NCBI GenBank assembly: GCA_040904565.1
Contig: JBBDTI010000058.1
Location: forward strand, 29,711-62,871
Length of the DNA stretch: 33,161 nucleotides
Source: Rhodothermales bacterium
GTDB taxonomy: Bacteria; Bacteroidota; Rhodothermia; Rhodothermales; VXPQ01
Reading direction: 5' to 3'
The position numbers were made by a program, and so were the translations under genes. Shown one piece after another: positions 9,249-17,658 of this stretch (position 1 is the first letter of the stretch; the number at the start of each line of letters is the position of its first letter). Under the pieces are notes generated by a model. It saw nothing but the letters and a program-made list of their open reading frames with translations. It made no database searches and was not told the DNA's origin.

Positions 9249-10664
9249 ATGATCCATCCCCTTCTCATCCTCCTGATCGCGACGGTGGTCGTGGTGGGTG
9301 GCATCCTGGTGTTCCGCCTCCACGCCTTTCTGGCGCTGCTCCTGGCGGCCATTACCGTTGCCGTGCTGACGACGCCGGAGACGGTTTATGAATTCGCATT
9401 GGGCCAGGGCATGACGGATCAGGAGGCGCTCGAGCTCTCCCGCATGACTATCACCGAGCGCGTCGCGGAGGGATTCGGGCGGACGATCGGACAGATCGGC
9501 ATCGTCATCGCGATGGCGTCGGTGATCGGTATCTGCCTGCTGGAAAGTGGCGGCGCGGATCGCATCGTCCGCACGGCGCTGCAGCGATTCGGCTCCGACC
9601 GGGCACCGCAGGTCTTTACGGGCAGCTCGTTCCTGCTCTCCATCCCGGTATTTTTCGATACGGTATTTTATCTGATGATCCCGCTCGTGAAGTCGATGCG
9701 GGTGCGGACGGGGCGCAACTATCTCTTTTATATCCTGGCCATTCTCGCGGGCGGCGCCGTGACGCACTCGATGATCCCTCCGACTCCCGGTCCGTTGTTT
9801 ATCGCGGAGGAGCTCGGCGTCGACGTCGGGGTGATGATTCTGGGAGGTCTCGTCGTGGCGGTGCCGACTACGCTGGCCGGCTACGCGTATGCCGCGTGGG
9901 CGGAACGGCGTTGGGATCTGCCGCTGAACGAGCCGCCGGAGGCGCTGGAACGATTGAATCGGTTCGCGGAGCGAACGACGGACGATCTTCCGTCGCTGGG
10001 CATGGCGCTTACGCCCATTCTCCTCCCGGTGGCGCTGATCGCCGCGACGACGATCCTCACGACCGTCGTCGGCGAGGGGCAGACGAGGCTGTGGCACGAC
10101 GTGATCTTTACGCTCGGAGAGAAGAATATGGCCCTCATTCTGGGCGCGGCCGTGGCGCTGATCATGCTCGTGCGCAGCTATTCCCTTCGCGATGCGATGC
10201 CGTACGTTCGGGATTCGCTCCTGAGCGCCGGACTCATCGTACTGATCATCGGGGCGGGAGGGGCCTTCGGACAGGTCCTCCAGCAAACCGGGATCGCGAG
10301 TACGATCGAGGGAGTTGCCGGCGCGTACCGCTTCGCCGTGCTTCCCGTGGCCTTTCTGATGACCGCGTTTATCCGCGGCGCGCAGGGATCGGCCACCGTG
10401 GCGATGATTACGGCCGCCGGCGCATTCGCCGGCATTGCCTCGGCCGCGCAGCTCGGGTTCCACCCGGCGTATCTCGCTCTCGTCATCGGGTGTGGATCCC
10501 TCCCCCTCTGGTGGATGAATGACAGTGCCTTCTGGATCATCACGAAGATGAGTGGAACGTCCGAGCGACGGGGACTCTACTGGCTCTCGCCGATCCTTTC
10601 CATCATGGGCGTGACGGGCTTTCTCGTGGTGATGCTCCTGGCAACCTTCTTCCCGCTGGCATGA
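9249..10664 (+). CDS. GntP-family (gluconate/sugar-acid:H+) permease, paralog 1
   Basis: Start reassigned to ATG 9249, which gives 471 aa, the same as paralog 2. Motifs LLESGGADRI, IPVFFDTVF, HS..PPTPGP, GAGGAFG, AQGSATVAMIT and MNDSAFW; multi-TM. Confidence 0.92.
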   Translation: MIHPLLILLIATVVVVGGILVFRLHAFLALLLAAITVAVLTTPETVYEFALGQGMTDQEALELSRMTITERVAEGFGRTIGQIGIVIAMASVIGICLLESGGADRIVRTALQRFGSDRAPQVFTGSSFLLSIPVFFDTVFYLMIPLVKSMRVRTGRNYLFYILAILAGGAVTHSMIPPTPGPLFIAEELGVDVGVMILGGLVVAVPTTLAGYAYAAWAERRWDLPLNEPPEALERLNRFAERTTDDLPSLGMALTPILLPVALIAATTILTTVVGEGQTRLWHDVIFTLGEKNMALILGAAVALIMLVRSYSLRDAMPYVRDSLLSAGLIVLIIGAGGAFGQVLQQTGIASTIEGVAGAYRFAVLPVAFLMTAFIRGAQGSATVAMITAAGAFAGIASAAQLGFHPAYLALVIGCGSLPLWWMNDSAFWIITKMSGTSERRGLYWLSPILSIMGVTGFLVVMLLATFFPLA

Positions 10665-11695
10665 TGCAACGACGCCGGTTCCTGACAACCTTCGCCGCCG
10701 CATCGGGTGCACTTGCTCTCGGCCATCTATCGGCATGCGCACCGCGGCACGGTGTCGCCGGTCGCTACGCGGAGGTCGAAATCGGGTCGCACCTGTCGGG
10801 CCTGCGCCGCGAGACGACGGTCGACGGCGATGAGGTTTTTCTCGAAGGTCCGGCTGCCGGACCGGACGGCCGTGTGTACTTCACCGACATTCCGTCGTCT
10901 CGCATCCTGCGGTGGGATCCGTCGGGGCAACATCTGGAGGTGTTTCGCGAGAACAGTCACATGGCAAACGGACTCCTCTTCGATCCTGACGGGCGACTGC
11001 TCGTCTGTGAGGGGGCGACGGGGCGCCTTACACGTACGGATCTCGCAACGGGCGAGACGGAGATTCTTGCCGATGCGTTCGACGGACATGACCTCGAGCC
11101 GGTGAACGACGTGACGCTCGACGCGCAGGGCCGGGCGTATGTTACCTCCCGGCCGAGCGGGGGCGTCCCGCGATCGGGCGTCTACGTGAACGCCGTATAC
11201 CGGGCGGACCCCGACGGGAGCGTGCACCAGCTGCTGGCCGAGCCGCAGGTGGATATGCCGAACGGCATCCTCGTATCGCCGGATCAGCGCACGCTATATC
11301 TCATCGAAGCGCACAGCGGGGCGGGCCGAGCGCGTCACGTCAAGGCCTTCGACCTCGCCGGCGAGGGCACCCTTTCGAACGAGCGGATCCTGATCGATTT
11401 CTATCCGGGACGCAGCGGAGACGGGATGTGCGTCGACGAAGCGGGAAATCTGTACGTCGCGGCCGGACTCCACGAGCGGCGCGGCACCAGTGAGACCCTC
11501 GATACGCGTCCGGGCATTCACGTCATCTCCCCCGGCGGCGCCCTCCTCGATGTGCTGGAGACGCCTGAGGATACCATCACCAACTGTACGTTCGGGGGCG
11601 CTGACCTCCGCACGCTTTACATCACGGCCGGCCGCGGCCTCTACAGCGCCGTGTCCGCCATTCCGGGCGATTCCAGATACCTTACGGACCGTTGA
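10661..11695 (+). CDS. SMP-30/gluconolactonase/LRE-family lactonase; Tat lipoprotein
   Basis: QRRRFL twin-Arg motif plus lipobox LSAC. Motifs LEGP, YFTDI, ANGL, VND, PNGI..SPD, GDGMCVD..GNLYVA and TNCTFGG..L.TLYITA. ATGA overlap with gntP paralog 1. Confidence 0.9.
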   Translation: MMQRRRFLTTFAAASGALALGHLSACAPRHGVAGRYAEVEIGSHLSGLRRETTVDGDEVFLEGPAAGPDGRVYFTDIPSSRILRWDPSGQHLEVFRENSHMANGLLFDPDGRLLVCEGATGRLTRTDLATGETEILADAFDGHDLEPVNDVTLDAQGRAYVTSRPSGGVPRSGVYVNAVYRADPDGSVHQLLAEPQVDMPNGILVSPDQRTLYLIEAHSGAGRARHVKAFDLAGEGTLSNERILIDFYPGRSGDGMCVDEAGNLYVAAGLHERRGTSETLDTRPGIHVISPGGALLDVLETPEDTITNCTFGGADLRTLYITAGRGLYSAVSAIPGDSRYLTDR

Positions 11696-11841
11696 ACGGC
11701 CATCGTGCCTTAGGTGCCGCACGAAGACAACATACCCCGACAGCGGATGATGTCATGAGCGTAGAACGACGTACCGCGTTGCGGCATCCGGGTTGATCGC
11801 CGCGTGCCGGCCATGATTCAGCATCCCCTTATCACCATGCA

Positions 11842-13257
11842 ATGATCCACCCCTTCCTCATACTGCTCGTCGGGATGGTCGTCGTCATCGGCGGGATCCT
11901 TCTGCTTCGCCTCCACGCGTTCCTGGCCCTCATCCTCGCCGCGCTTGCGGTCGCCCTGCTGACCGCCCCGGAGACCGTGTATCAATACGGCATCGCAACC
12001 GGTCTGGCGCCCGCGGAGGCGCTCGAGCTGTCGACGCAGCCCCTCGCCGAGCGCGTGGCGGAGGGGTTCGGCCGGACGATCGGGCAGATCGGTATCGTCA
12101 TCGCCATGGCGTCGGTGATCGGCATCTGCCTGCTCGAGAGCGGGGGTGCCGACCGGATCGTTCGCACGGCCCTCAAGCGGTTCGGAGAGGATCGGGCCCC
12201 CCACGTCTTCGCGGGAAGCAGCATGCTGCTGGCCATCCCCGTCTTCTTCGATACGGTGTTCTATCTCATGATGCCGCTGGCCAAATCGATGCGCGTGCGT
12301 ACGGGCCGCCACTATCTGTTCTACATCCTGGCCATCATCGCGGGAGGATCCATGATGCATTCGCTCGTGCCTCCGACGCCCGGCCCGCTGTTTATCGCCG
12401 GGGAGCTGGGCATCGATCTCGGCGTGATGATGCTGGGCGGGCTCGCCGTGGGAACGCCCGCCGCGGTCGCGGGATTCGCCTACGCAAGGTGGGCGGACCG
12501 CAAATGGGGCCTGCCGCTCCGGGAGACGCCGGACGCGCTCGAGCGCCTGAAAAAACTGACGGATCGATCGACCGATACGCTGCCGTCCCTGGGTTTCGCG
12601 CTCTTGCCTATCATCCTGCCCGTAGTCCTGATCGCGGGAAGCACGATCGTCTCCAGCGCGACCGCCGGAGACGCGCCGGAGGTCTGGCACGGCGTCCTCT
12701 TCACGCTTGGGGAAAAGAACATGGCGCTGATTCTGGGCGCGGGGGCGTCCATCATCATGCTCCTGCGGAGCTATTCGCTCCGGGACGCCATGCCGCACGT
12801 ACGTGAGGCCCTGCTCAGCGCCGGGCTCATCGTCCTCATCATCGGGGCGGGAGGGGCGTTCGGGCAGGTTCTCCAGCAGACGGGTATCGCCGGCACGATG
12901 GAAGGTCTCGCGGGTAATTACCAATTGGCCGTTCTGCCCGTTGCCTTCGTCATGACGGCCGTCATTCGCGCCGCGCAGGGCTCCGCCACGGTAGCCATGA
13001 TTACGTCTGCCGGCGCATTCGCGGGAATCGCCACGGCGGCCCAGCTCGGTTTCCATCCGCTCTACCTGGCGCTGGCCATCGGGTGCGGCTCGAAGCCGCT
13101 GTGGTGGATGAACGACAGCGCCTTCTGGATCATTACAAAAATGAGCGGCATGAGCGAGGAACGAGGCCTGACGACGCTCACGCCGATATTGTCGATTATG
13201 GGTACGGCCGGATTCGTGGTGGTCATGGTGCTCGCCGTGCTGCTGCCCCTGGCCTGA
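11842..13257 (+). CDS. GntP-family permease, paralog 2
   Basis: Same motifs as paralog 1; 471 aa; gap-free alignment to paralog 1 at about 74% identity by hand count. Confidence 0.92.
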   Translation: MIHPFLILLVGMVVVIGGILLLRLHAFLALILAALAVALLTAPETVYQYGIATGLAPAEALELSTQPLAERVAEGFGRTIGQIGIVIAMASVIGICLLESGGADRIVRTALKRFGEDRAPHVFAGSSMLLAIPVFFDTVFYLMMPLAKSMRVRTGRHYLFYILAIIAGGSMMHSLVPPTPGPLFIAGELGIDLGVMMLGGLAVGTPAAVAGFAYARWADRKWGLPLRETPDALERLKKLTDRSTDTLPSLGFALLPIILPVVLIAGSTIVSSATAGDAPEVWHGVLFTLGEKNMALILGAGASIIMLLRSYSLRDAMPHVREALLSAGLIVLIIGAGGAFGQVLQQTGIAGTMEGLAGNYQLAVLPVAFVMTAVIRAAQGSATVAMITSAGAFAGIATAAQLGFHPLYLALAIGCGSKPLWWMNDSAFWIITKMSGMSEERGLTTLTPILSIMGTAGFVVVMVLAVLLPLA

Positions 13258-13316
13258 TACCATACCGCACACCGCACGTACTACGTCACGAGCCTCGCAC
13301 ACGAGACCATTACAGC

Positions 13317-15062
13317 ATGTTTTTCAACCGAAAAAAAGCAGACAGAATCGCCCCGGAACAGCTTCGCAGCCACCGCTGGTTCGGTCCGGATGACCTCCGG
13401 TCGTTCGGCCACCGGTCGCGCACGAAGCAGATGGGCTATGCCGACGAGGAGTACCGCGGCCGGCCCGTCATCGCCATCCTCAATACGTGGAGCGACCTGA
13501 ACCCCTGCCACATGCACTTCAAGAGCCGGGTGGAGGACGTCAAGCGCGGGATCCTTCGGGCCGGCGGTTTTCCGGTGGAGCTGCCGGCGCTGTCGGTCAC
13601 CGAGACGTACATGAAGCCGAGTCCGATGCTCTATCGGAATCTGCTCGCCATGCAGACCGAGGAGATGCTGCGGAGCCAGCCGATCGATGGAGCCGTGCTG
13701 ATGGGAGGATGTGACAAGACGACGCCTGGACTCCTGATGGGTGCTATCACGATGGACCTGCCCGCGATTTATATGCCGGCCGGACCCATGCTGCGGGGCA
13801 ACTGGCGCGGCGAGCCGGTGGGAAGCGGTAGTACGGTCTGGAAAGCGTGGGCGGATCGGTGCGGCGGGGCGCTCTCGGAGGAGGCATGGGACGATCTGGA
13901 GGACGGGATCGCGCGTTCCGCGGGGCACTGCATGACGATGGGCACGGCCTCGACGATGACCTCGGCCGCCGAGGCGCTCGGATTCACCCTGCCCGGCGCG
14001 GCGTCCATCCCCGCCGTCGACTCGAACCACGTCCGCATGGCCTCCGAAAGCGGCGCACGCTGCGTCGACATGGTCTGGGAGGACCTGCGTCCGAGCACGA
14101 TGCTCACCGACGCGTCGTTCGAAAATGCGGCGACCACCGTGCTGGCTATAGGCGGTTCGACGAACGCCATCGTGCACCTCACCGCCATGGCCCGGCGTGC
14201 AGGCTGCGCACTGGACCTGCGCCGCTTCGATGTCCTCTCGCGGCGGACTCCGCAGCTCGCCGACATCATGCCCATCGGACGGTTTTTGATGGAGGACTTT
14301 TATTATGCGGGTGGATTGCGGGGCCTGATGAGCCGCATCGACGACCTGCTGGATCTGGACGCCGCCACCGTAACGGGGAGGCCGCTTCGCGAGAGTATCG
14401 ATGGGGCGGAGGTGTTCGACGACGACGTGATCCGGCCGCGCGACAACCCCGTCTCGGACGAGGGCGGCACGGCCGTACTGTTCGGCAACCTGGCGCCGGA
14501 CGGCGCCGTGATTAAGCATGGGATTGCTGACGAGCGGTTTCATCGGCACACCGGCCCGGCCGTCGTGTTCGAGGACATGGCGGATCTGAAGCGGCGAATC
14601 GACGAGCCCGGGCTGGAGGTGGACGAGAATTCGGTGCTCGTGCTGAAGCATGCGGGTCCGCTCGGAGGGCCCGGCATGCCCGAATGGGGCATGCTGCCTC
14701 TCCCGAAGAAGCTGCTCGAAAGAGGCGTCCGCGATATGGTCCGCCTATCCGACGCGCGCATGAGCGGGACGTCCTACGGCACCTGCGTGCTGCACATCTC
14801 CCCGGAATCTTACGTCGGCGGTCCGCTCGCGCTGGTCGAGGATGGCGACGAGATCGAGCTCGACGTCCCGGGACGCCGGCTCGAGCTGCTCGTGTCGGAC
14901 GAGGAGCTCGCTCGACGCAGGGAGGCGTGGACGCCGCCGGAACCTCGGGCCGGCCGTGGGTTTGCCGCGCTCTACGAGAAGCACGTCACGCAGGCCCACC
15001 TCGGCTGCGACTTCGATTTTCTGGAACGCGGCGGGGAGGTGCCCGAGCCGCAGATCTTTTGA
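13317..15062 (+). CDS. IlvD/Edd-family [2Fe-2S] sugar-acid dehydratase (L-arabinonate dehydratase-like)
   Basis: Start reassigned to ATG 13317. Motifs LRSHRWFG, NPCH, GGCDKTTPG, GHCMTMGTASTM, GGSTNA, GPGMPEWG and SDARMSGT. The N-terminus resembles pentonate dehydratases rather than biosynthetic IlvD. Confidence 0.88.
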   Translation: MFFNRKKADRIAPEQLRSHRWFGPDDLRSFGHRSRTKQMGYADEEYRGRPVIAILNTWSDLNPCHMHFKSRVEDVKRGILRAGGFPVELPALSVTETYMKPSPMLYRNLLAMQTEEMLRSQPIDGAVLMGGCDKTTPGLLMGAITMDLPAIYMPAGPMLRGNWRGEPVGSGSTVWKAWADRCGGALSEEAWDDLEDGIARSAGHCMTMGTASTMTSAAEALGFTLPGAASIPAVDSNHVRMASESGARCVDMVWEDLRPSTMLTDASFENAATTVLAIGGSTNAIVHLTAMARRAGCALDLRRFDVLSRRTPQLADIMPIGRFLMEDFYYAGGLRGLMSRIDDLLDLDAATVTGRPLRESIDGAEVFDDDVIRPRDNPVSDEGGTAVLFGNLAPDGAVIKHGIADERFHRHTGPAVVFEDMADLKRRIDEPGLEVDENSVLVLKHAGPLGGPGMPEWGMLPLPKKLLERGVRDMVRLSDARMSGTSYGTCVLHISPESYVGGPLALVEDGDEIELDVPGRRLELLVSDEELARRREAWTPPEPRAGRGFAALYEKHVTQAHLGCDFDFLERGGEVPEPQIF

Positions 15063-15074
15063 CTTATATCCACA

Positions 15075-16004
15075 GTGACTATGAGCTTGCTTCCCAATTA
15101 TCACGGTGTCTGTGCCGTTCCGCCCGTTGCCCGTCGCAACGACGATCGGACGATCGACCCGGAGCAAAATCTACGGATGTTGCGACATCTTGCCGCGGGT
15201 GGAATCTCTCGCGTCATCTACGGTGGGAACGGGAATCTCTATCACATGACGCTGCGCGACTACGAAGCGCTGCTGGAATGCCTGAGTACGGCGATGGACG
15301 ACATAGTCATCGTGCCGTCCGTGGGTCCGGCCTACGGACGTGCCATGGAGCAGGCCGAAGTCCTGCGCCGCTATCGTTTCCCGCTCGTCATGGCGCTGCC
15401 GGGCAGTCACCCATGTAATGCGGTAGGGCTCGGCCGAGGGTATCGCGAGATCGCCGAGGCCGCCGGAGCACCCCTGCTGCTTTACGTCAAGGATGAGAGG
15501 GATTTCGGCGACAACATCAGCGCCGGCCTAGACGTGATAGGGTCCCTCGTCGACGACGGCGTATCGGTCGGGATCAAGTACGCCGTCGTCCGAGAGGATC
15601 CGGCCCACGATCCCTATCTGAAAAAGCTGCTCGATCGGGTGGACGCGGACTCGATCCTCAGCGGCATCGGAGAGCGGCCGGCTCTGGTCCACATGCAGCA
15701 GTGGGGACTTCCGGGATTCACGACCGGCTCCGGTTGCGTGCAGCCGACCGCCGCGCGAGCGCTCTACGATGCAGCCGCTTCCGGGGATTTCGAGGCCGCG
15801 CGCAAGATTAGGGCGCGCTTCATGCCGCTCGAAGACCTGAGGGACCAGTGGGGCCCCGTTTCCGTCCTGCACGCGGCCGTGGAGGCGGCCGGAATCGCCC
15901 GCGTCGGTCCACCCCTGCCTTTCCTGGGCGATCTGTCCGTGCAGCAGCGCGCGGAGATCGCGTCCGTCGTCGAATCGATGCTGGATGCGAAGGTGTCGGT
16001 ATGA
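15075..16004 (+). CDS. Dihydrodipicolinate synthase/N-acetylneuraminate lyase-family protein (2-keto-3-deoxy sugar-acid aldolase or dehydratase)
   Basis: AVPP..R start, YGGNGN in place of GTTGE, PLLLY, Schiff-base Lys in GIKY, SGIGERPA and GFTTGSGC. Start could be ATG 15081. Confidence 0.8.
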   Translation: MTMSLLPNYHGVCAVPPVARRNDDRTIDPEQNLRMLRHLAAGGISRVIYGGNGNLYHMTLRDYEALLECLSTAMDDIVIVPSVGPAYGRAMEQAEVLRRYRFPLVMALPGSHPCNAVGLGRGYREIAEAAGAPLLLYVKDERDFGDNISAGLDVIGSLVDDGVSVGIKYAVVREDPAHDPYLKKLLDRVDADSILSGIGERPALVHMQQWGLPGFTTGSGCVQPTAARALYDAAASGDFEAARKIRARFMPLEDLRDQWGPVSVLHAAVEAAGIARVGPPLPFLGDLSVQQRAEIASVVESMLDAKVSV

Positions 16005-16019
16005 AGAGGCTGCAACCGG

Positions 16020-17453
16020 TCAACGATTCCGTTCAGCCTCCAGAACCAGCGGTTGGGTATCGTCGACGTGACCGGGCGGACGCTGATTCACGCCCGCATG
16101 CTCTCCATCGCCGAGATCGTGCCGCGCTCGCTCGGCCAGATCGCGAAGTCGGCTGACGACCTCAGGGTGGTTGGGTGAAACGTCTCGATTTTCACTAATG
16201 TCCGTCGAAAGGTCGAAAAGTCGAACGTCGAGTTCTTCACCTCGCCGATCGGCGCGGAGCCAGAGGTGGCTCGTCTGGTGGTCGTTTCGCAGAAAGTGCA
16301 GTTTCCATCTCCCGGAGCGCACGGCCTCCAGATCCCCCATATAATAGTAGTAAAATACATCGTCGGACGAGACGGCACCGATGTGTCCGGCCAGAAGCGG
16401 CCAGAAATTCTCTCCGTCAATGATCCGGTCCTCCGGAACCCGTCCGCCGCTGAGATGCGCGAACGTGGGCAGGATGTCCAGCGTTGATGCTAGTTCGTCT
16501 TGCGTTGTTCCCATGGGCACCTGTCCAGGCCAGCGGGCGATCATGGGTACGCGCATACCGCCTTCCATCGTGCTCCCCTTGAACCCGCGGAGCGGATAGT
16601 TGGCACCGCCCCAGCGGTCCGATGCGCCGTTGTCCGACGTAAAGATCACCATGGTCCGCTCGTCGAGGCCAAGGTCGTCTAGGGCGGCGAGAATCTCACC
16701 CGTAGACCAGTCGATTTCTTCGATGGTGTCGCCGTAGCGGCCGTTGATGGATCGCCCACGGAACGGTGCACTGGCGTGGGTCGGATTGTGCGGCATCGTG
16801 TGCGCAAGATAAAGAAAGAAGGGCTCGTCTTGGTGATCTTGAATGAACGAAACGGCCTCCTCCGTGTAGCGCCGTGTAATGGTGCGCTGGTCGACCGGCG
16901 CTTCGATCACCGTTTCGCCGCGCAAAAGCGGGACGGGGTGAGCCGCCGGACGATTGACGTCGCCCATGTCGTTGCTGAAAGGGATGCCGTAGTACGAATC
17001 GAAACCCTGCCGCGTGGGCAGGAATTCCGGCTGATCGCCCAGATGCCACTTTCCGACCATCCCCGTGGCGTATCCGCGTTGTTTCAGAACTTCGGCAACC
17101 GTGATCTCGTCGGGATGAAGACCCCGCTGGTTGGCGGGAAACAGCACCCACTGATCTCGACCGTTCTCGTGCAGGCTCACGCGGCGGGGATACGATCCCG
17201 TCATCAGGCTGGCTCGGGAGGGGGTGCACACCCCCGACGTTACGTAAAAGTTTGTAAACCGCATGCCTTCGTCAGCCATCCGGTCGAGATTGGGAGTACG
17301 GTGCACAGTGGAGCCGAACGGGCCGATATCGGCATACCCCAGGTCGTCGGCGAAGATGAAGACGAAGTTAGGGCGTTCGATGGGTTGCGCTTCGGCCGGC
17401 GCGGCAATCGACAGGGCCAGCGCCAGCAGAAGTAACGGGACGGATATGCGCAT
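16020..17453 (-). CDS. Secreted Cys-type arylsulfatase (ARSA/GALNS-like S1)
   Basis: Motifs RPNFVFIFADDLGYAD, VCTPSRASLMTG, GKWHLG, GIPFSNDM, FTSDNG and RGFKGST.EGGMRVP. Signal peptide ends AEA-Q. Confidence 0.93.
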   Translation of the reverse strand: MRISVPLLLLALALSIAAPAEAQPIERPNFVFIFADDLGYADIGPFGSTVHRTPNLDRMADEGMRFTNFYVTSGVCTPSRASLMTGSYPRRVSLHENGRDQWVLFPANQRGLHPDEITVAEVLKQRGYATGMVGKWHLGDQPEFLPTRQGFDSYYGIPFSNDMGDVNRPAAHPVPLLRGETVIEAPVDQRTITRRYTEEAVSFIQDHQDEPFFLYLAHTMPHNPTHASAPFRGRSINGRYGDTIEEIDWSTGEILAALDDLGLDERTMVIFTSDNGASDRWGGANYPLRGFKGSTMEGGMRVPMIARWPGQVPMGTTQDELASTLDILPTFAHLSGGRVPEDRIIDGENFWPLLAGHIGAVSSDDVFYYYYMGDLEAVRSGRWKLHFLRNDHQTSHLWLRADRRGEELDVRLFDLSTDISENRDVSPNHPEVVSRLRDLAERARHDLGDGEHAGVNQRPPGHVDDTQPLVLEAERNR

Positions 17454-17472
17454 AGGGTCGGTCGTGGAATAG

Positions 17473-17502
17473 GCAATGAGGTCGATCGCAATGAGGTCGA
17501 TC
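17473..17502. repeat. Perfect 15-bp tandem duplication (GCAATGAGGTCGATC x2)
   Basis: 17473-17487 is identical to 17488-17502, in the divergent intergenic region between the sulfatase and PhoD-like genes. Confidence 0.85.
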
Positions 17503-17658
17503 TACGGGTCGCGGGGTCCTTCGACGCCCTACGCTGCAGTATAAATAGCATACGTCATCTGGGCAACTGCCGGCCAGGAGGTCGGGCACGTGTCTTTGAG
17601 AGTACCTACATTGTGTTCCATCTTTTGACGCCTCGTTGGACCCTTTGCGACGTACGAC

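Noticed and set aside
13317-16004. Biosynthetic ilvD and dapA
   Set aside because: The sugar-acid context, the pentonate-dehydratase-like N-terminus and the lack of the GTTGE motif argue for catabolic paralogs.
17535-17550. TGCAGTATAAATAGCA as a third copy of the BlaI operator
   Set aside because: It matches the two good copies mainly at the TGCA...CA ends and has poor internal symmetry; more likely an AT-rich promoter element.
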